Origin: a virus
Reading direction: 5' to 3' (one strand)
IMG/VR virus record: IMGVR_UViG_3300047472_000191
Coordinates: 32,001-96,000 of that record
DNA length: 64,000 nucleotides
Part shown: piece after piece, positions 63,308 through 64,000 of the stretch
How positions within the stretch are numbered: position 1 is the stretch's first letter
How the letters are laid out: every line of letters starts with the position of its first letter
Made by a program: the position numbers and the translations under genes
The notes under the pieces: generated by a model
Seen by the model: only the letters and a program-made list of their open reading frames with translations
The model's database searches: none
Told to the model about the DNA's origin: nothing

Positions 63308-63543
63308 ACGCGTACTGGAGCTATCTCCTGACCGCTGTGGGCATCTACGGCCTTCTCCTGCTCAGAGCCAAGAAGTCGATCGGGTGGGTCGTCGGGCTGG
63401 CTGCACAGACTCTGTGGCTCGCCTATGCGATCGCCACCAGGCAGTGGGGGTTCATCCTGTCCGCCGCCTGCTACGGAACTGTCAACACCCTCGGTCTGAT
63501 CGCCTGGCGCAAGGCCGAACGAGAGCAGGAGACCACGACGTGA
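63304..63543 (+). CDS. small three-TM membrane protein (PnuC-repeat-like)
   Basis: W...L...G..G..L...K...GW..G...Q.LW..YA. Confidence 0.65.
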   Translation: MNAYWSYLLTAVGIYGLLLLRAKKSIGWVVGLAAQTLWLAYAIATRQWGFILSAACYGTVNTLGLIAWRKAEREQETTT

Positions 63544-63920
63544 GCGAGAACGTAGGCGTAGGTGTCTGGGTCACCAAGGACAGCGGGGAGCGGGAGGCCT
63601 ACGAGACCGGGATGGTCCGGGATGTACAAGGCCCCGATAAGCCTCGGTTTGACCTCCTGTGGGCCGAAAATGTCCCGTATGAGGAGCAGTTCCTCACCCG
63701 GGTGGCGGCGTTGGCTCAGCGCGGTGCGGCCAAGTACGGGGACAGAAACCACGAGAAGAGCAGGACGCCGGAGGAGATGGCTCGGTTTAAGGCCTCTGCG
63801 CTACGGCACCTGATGCAGTGGCTTGCAGGGGAGACCGACGAAGATCACATGGCGGCGGTGACCATGAACCTGTTCATGGCCGAGTCGTGCCGGTGGCGGA
63901 TGGACAACCCGCCGAAGTAG
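63540..63920 (+). CDS. dATP/dGTP diphosphohydrolase domain protein (DUF5664-like)
   Basis: TG.VRD, KPRFDLL, GA.KYG.RN, SA.RH, EDH.AA...N. Confidence 0.85.
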   Translation: MSENVGVGVWVTKDSGEREAYETGMVRDVQGPDKPRFDLLWAENVPYEEQFLTRVAALAQRGAAKYGDRNHEKSRTPEEMARFKASALRHLMQWLAGETDEDHMAAVTMNLFMAESCRWRMDNPPK

Positions 63921-64000
63921 GCCCTCCAGGGGGTTGCTGTCAGCGGCCCCCTGTAGTCTGATTACTTCCGCTGCAACGAAGCCTGTTCGGCGGCTCGGGT

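Noticed and set aside
63540-63920. DUF5664 as proof of a 2-aminoadenine (Z) genome
   Set aside because: No purZ or dedicated polymerase in this window, and the domain occurs widely without it

Overview
High-GC actinobacteriophage DNA, most likely a Streptomyces siphovirus. The host is inferred from HrdB-type promoters, a DUF2637/Spd-like gene and the TTA pattern. The window is part of a larger genome. It holds a near-complete virion module: TerL, portal, MuF, Mu-I-type protease/scaffold, capsid, neck, tail tube, frameshifted chaperone, tape measure with transglycosylase, two tail fibres and holins. It also has replication, recombination and nucleotide genes (Prim-Pol, P-loop helicase next to an iteron-like origin, SNF2, RuvC-like, PD-(D/E)XK, ThyX, dCMP deaminase, DUF5664), a plasmid-type ParA/partner/Spd-like cassette, and a tRNA-Leu(CAA). 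No integrase is visible, which suggests an extrachromosomal plasmid-prophage. Main highlights: (1) in-frame TTA codons, often near the 5' end, occur in most virion and lysis genes but were not seen in early or replication genes, suggesting bldA (developmental) gating of virion production; (2) head-cluster cargo proteins share a [VI]xL[SA] motif with the prohead protease/scaffold plus a common xH[GN]W motif; (3) one cargo is a 1942-aa protein with a kinase-like domain and an Arg-type ADP-ribosyltransferase, and the phage also encodes an ADP-ribosylglycohydrolase; (4) Acb2/Tad1-like and AcrVA2-like anti-defence candidates; (5) several dispersed DNA motifs and structured RNA candidates. All calls come from reading motifs by eye; no database searches were run.
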